This document shows, one piece after another, positions 6,342-7,400 of a DNA stretch of 7,400 nt. The notes beneath the pieces are model-generated. The model was not told where the DNA came from, ran no database searches, and worked only from the letters and a program-made list of their open reading frames with translations. Numbering within the stretch: position 1 is the stretch's first letter; every line of letters begins with the position of its first letter. Both the position numbers and the translations under genes were made by a program. Source of the DNA: a virus (Duplodnaviria > Heunggongvirae > Uroviricota > Caudoviricetes); the IMG/VR virus record IMGVR_UViG_2513237361_000004; one strand, given 5' to 3'.

Positions 6342-7400
6342 ATGACGTGGAAAGACAGACTTCAGGACGCGTCATTTCGCGGTGTGCCGTTTAAGGTTGA
6401 AGAAGAAAATGCGGGAACCGGTCGTCGTGTGGAAACGCACGAATACCCGAACCGCGACAAACCCTATACCGAAGATTTGGGAAAAGTCACTTTCCGCCCG
6501 TCCATCACGGCTTATGTGGTGGGAGATGACTGCTTTGACCAGCGCGATCGCCTGATTGACGCGCTGAATAAACCCGGTCCCGGCACGCTTGTCCATCCGA
6601 CATACGGTGAGCTGAAAGTCTGTGTTGACGGGGAGGTTCGGGTCAGCACATCGAAGAGTGAAGGGCGTATTGTCCGCTTTGACCTGAAGTTTGTCGAAGC
6701 GGGAGAACTCTCTTACCCCACATCAGGTGCGGCGACGGCGCAGACGCTGATGTCATCCTGTTCTGCACTGGATGACTGCATCAGTGACAGCTTCAGTGGT
6801 TTCAGTATCGATGGCGTGGCAGATTTTGTGCAGAACGACGTCGTCGGTAATGCCAGCACAATGCTTGGGTATGTTTCTGATGCGATGAAAGTGGTGGATT
6901 CTGCCGTATCGGATGCCGCCAGGCTGTTGCAGGGGGATATCTCGGTACTTCTGCCGCCACCATCGTCAGGCAAAAATTTCGTTGAGCAGGTGCAGAAAAT
7001 GTGGCGTACCGGGAAACGCCTTTATGGTAACGCCAGCGACCTGGTCACCATGATCAAAACGCTTTCCGGTGTCAGCCTCGGCAGCGATCTGCAACCGCGC
7101 GGCGTCTGGAAAACGGACAGTAAAACCACCGCCACGGCGACGCAGCAGCGTAACGTGGTTGCCAGCACCCTTCGTACGACCGCAATCAGCGAAGCGGCGT
7201 ATGCCGTCACCCGATTGCCTGCGCCAACAACTTCCGCGGTGATGCAGAATGCCGCAGATGTCCCGACCGGCAGCAGATACGGTCAGCCAGCCGGGCACAA
7301 TGTCCGGGCAAAATCAGGTTTAAACTGTTCGCTACTGGATCAGGACTGGTATGAAATGCGCCGTCAGCTTGAGTACAAGCATTTCGGCATGAAGGTCTGA
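6342..7400 (+). CDS. Mu gpN-like DNA circularization protein (tail/baseplate-associated)
   Basis: N-terminus WKDRLQDASFRGVPFKVEEENAGTGRRVETHEYPNRDKPYTEDLG...GPGTLVHPTYGEL matches my recollection of the DNA circulation protein N-terminal domain. RBS GGAG at 6333-6336, 5 nt before ATG 6342. In-frame ATGs at 6300 and 6327 are less likely starts, since the 6300 start would place the terminator hairpin inside the coding region. In-frame TGA at 7398-7400 coincides with the window end. Confidence 0.8.
   Translation: MTWKDRLQDASFRGVPFKVEEENAGTGRRVETHEYPNRDKPYTEDLGKVTFRPSITAYVVGDDCFDQRDRLIDALNKPGPGTLVHPTYGELKVCVDGEVRVSTSKSEGRIVRFDLKFVEAGELSYPTSGAATAQTLMSSCSALDDCISDSFSGFSIDGVADFVQNDVVGNASTMLGYVSDAMKVVDSAVSDAARLLQGDISVLLPPPSSGKNFVEQVQKMWRTGKRLYGNASDLVTMIKTLSGVSLGSDLQPRGVWKTDSKTTATATQQRNVVASTLRTTAISEAAYAVTRLPAPTTSAVMQNAADVPTGSRYGQPAGHNVRAKSGLNCSLLDQDWYEMRRQLEYKHFGMKV

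Noticed and set aside
331-7298. Numerous minus-strand ORFs of 62-196 aa (for example 480..947, 820..1317, 1407..1997, 2990..3406, 4154..4477, 5444..5773, 6966..7298)
   Set aside because: All lie antisense within well-supported + strand genes of a single co-directional operon. They lack RBS context, and their translations are Arg/Cys/His-rich and low complexity, typical of shadow ORFs in GC-rich coding DNA.
1-7400. Looked for defence or accessory systems (toxin-antitoxin pairs, restriction-modification, abortive infection, CRISPR repeats, tRNA, integrase/transposase, moron genes on the opposite strand)
   Set aside because: None found. Every well-supported ORF is co-directional and fits the conserved structural gene order. 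There are no periodic repeat-spacer arrays, no intergenic gaps large enough for a moron, and no recognisable nuclease, ATPase or recombinase motifs.

Overview
The whole window is one co-directional (+ strand) late structural operon of a tailed phage or prophage, most likely from an enterobacterial host (inferred from GC content and gene family resemblance, not searched). It runs from head-tail joining genes (gp6-like connector, head closure, HK97 gp10-like) into a Mu-type contractile-tail module: a small pre-sheath ORF, tail sheath, tail tube, tail assembly chaperone with a -1 frameshift site, tape measure protein and a Mu gpN-like DNA circularization protein. Genes are tightly packed with ATGA/TAATG start-stop overlaps. 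I see no defence system, toxin-antitoxin pair, integrase, transposase, tRNA or CRISPR array, so I do not think this window holds a novel system. The most notable observations are: (1) the tail sheath gene is split by a single-nucleotide frame disruption near 2693-2707, so this may be a tail-defective prophage or a sequencing error; (2) a canonical T_TTT_TTC slippery heptamer gives a G/GT-type programmed frameshift in the chaperone; (3) a 56-aa ORF with a strong RBS sits immediately upstream of the sheath and is missing from the ORF track; (4) an intrinsic-terminator-like hairpin lies inside the operon between the tape measure and the next gene. All protein family assignments rest on recalled sequence patterns and gene order; no database search was possible.
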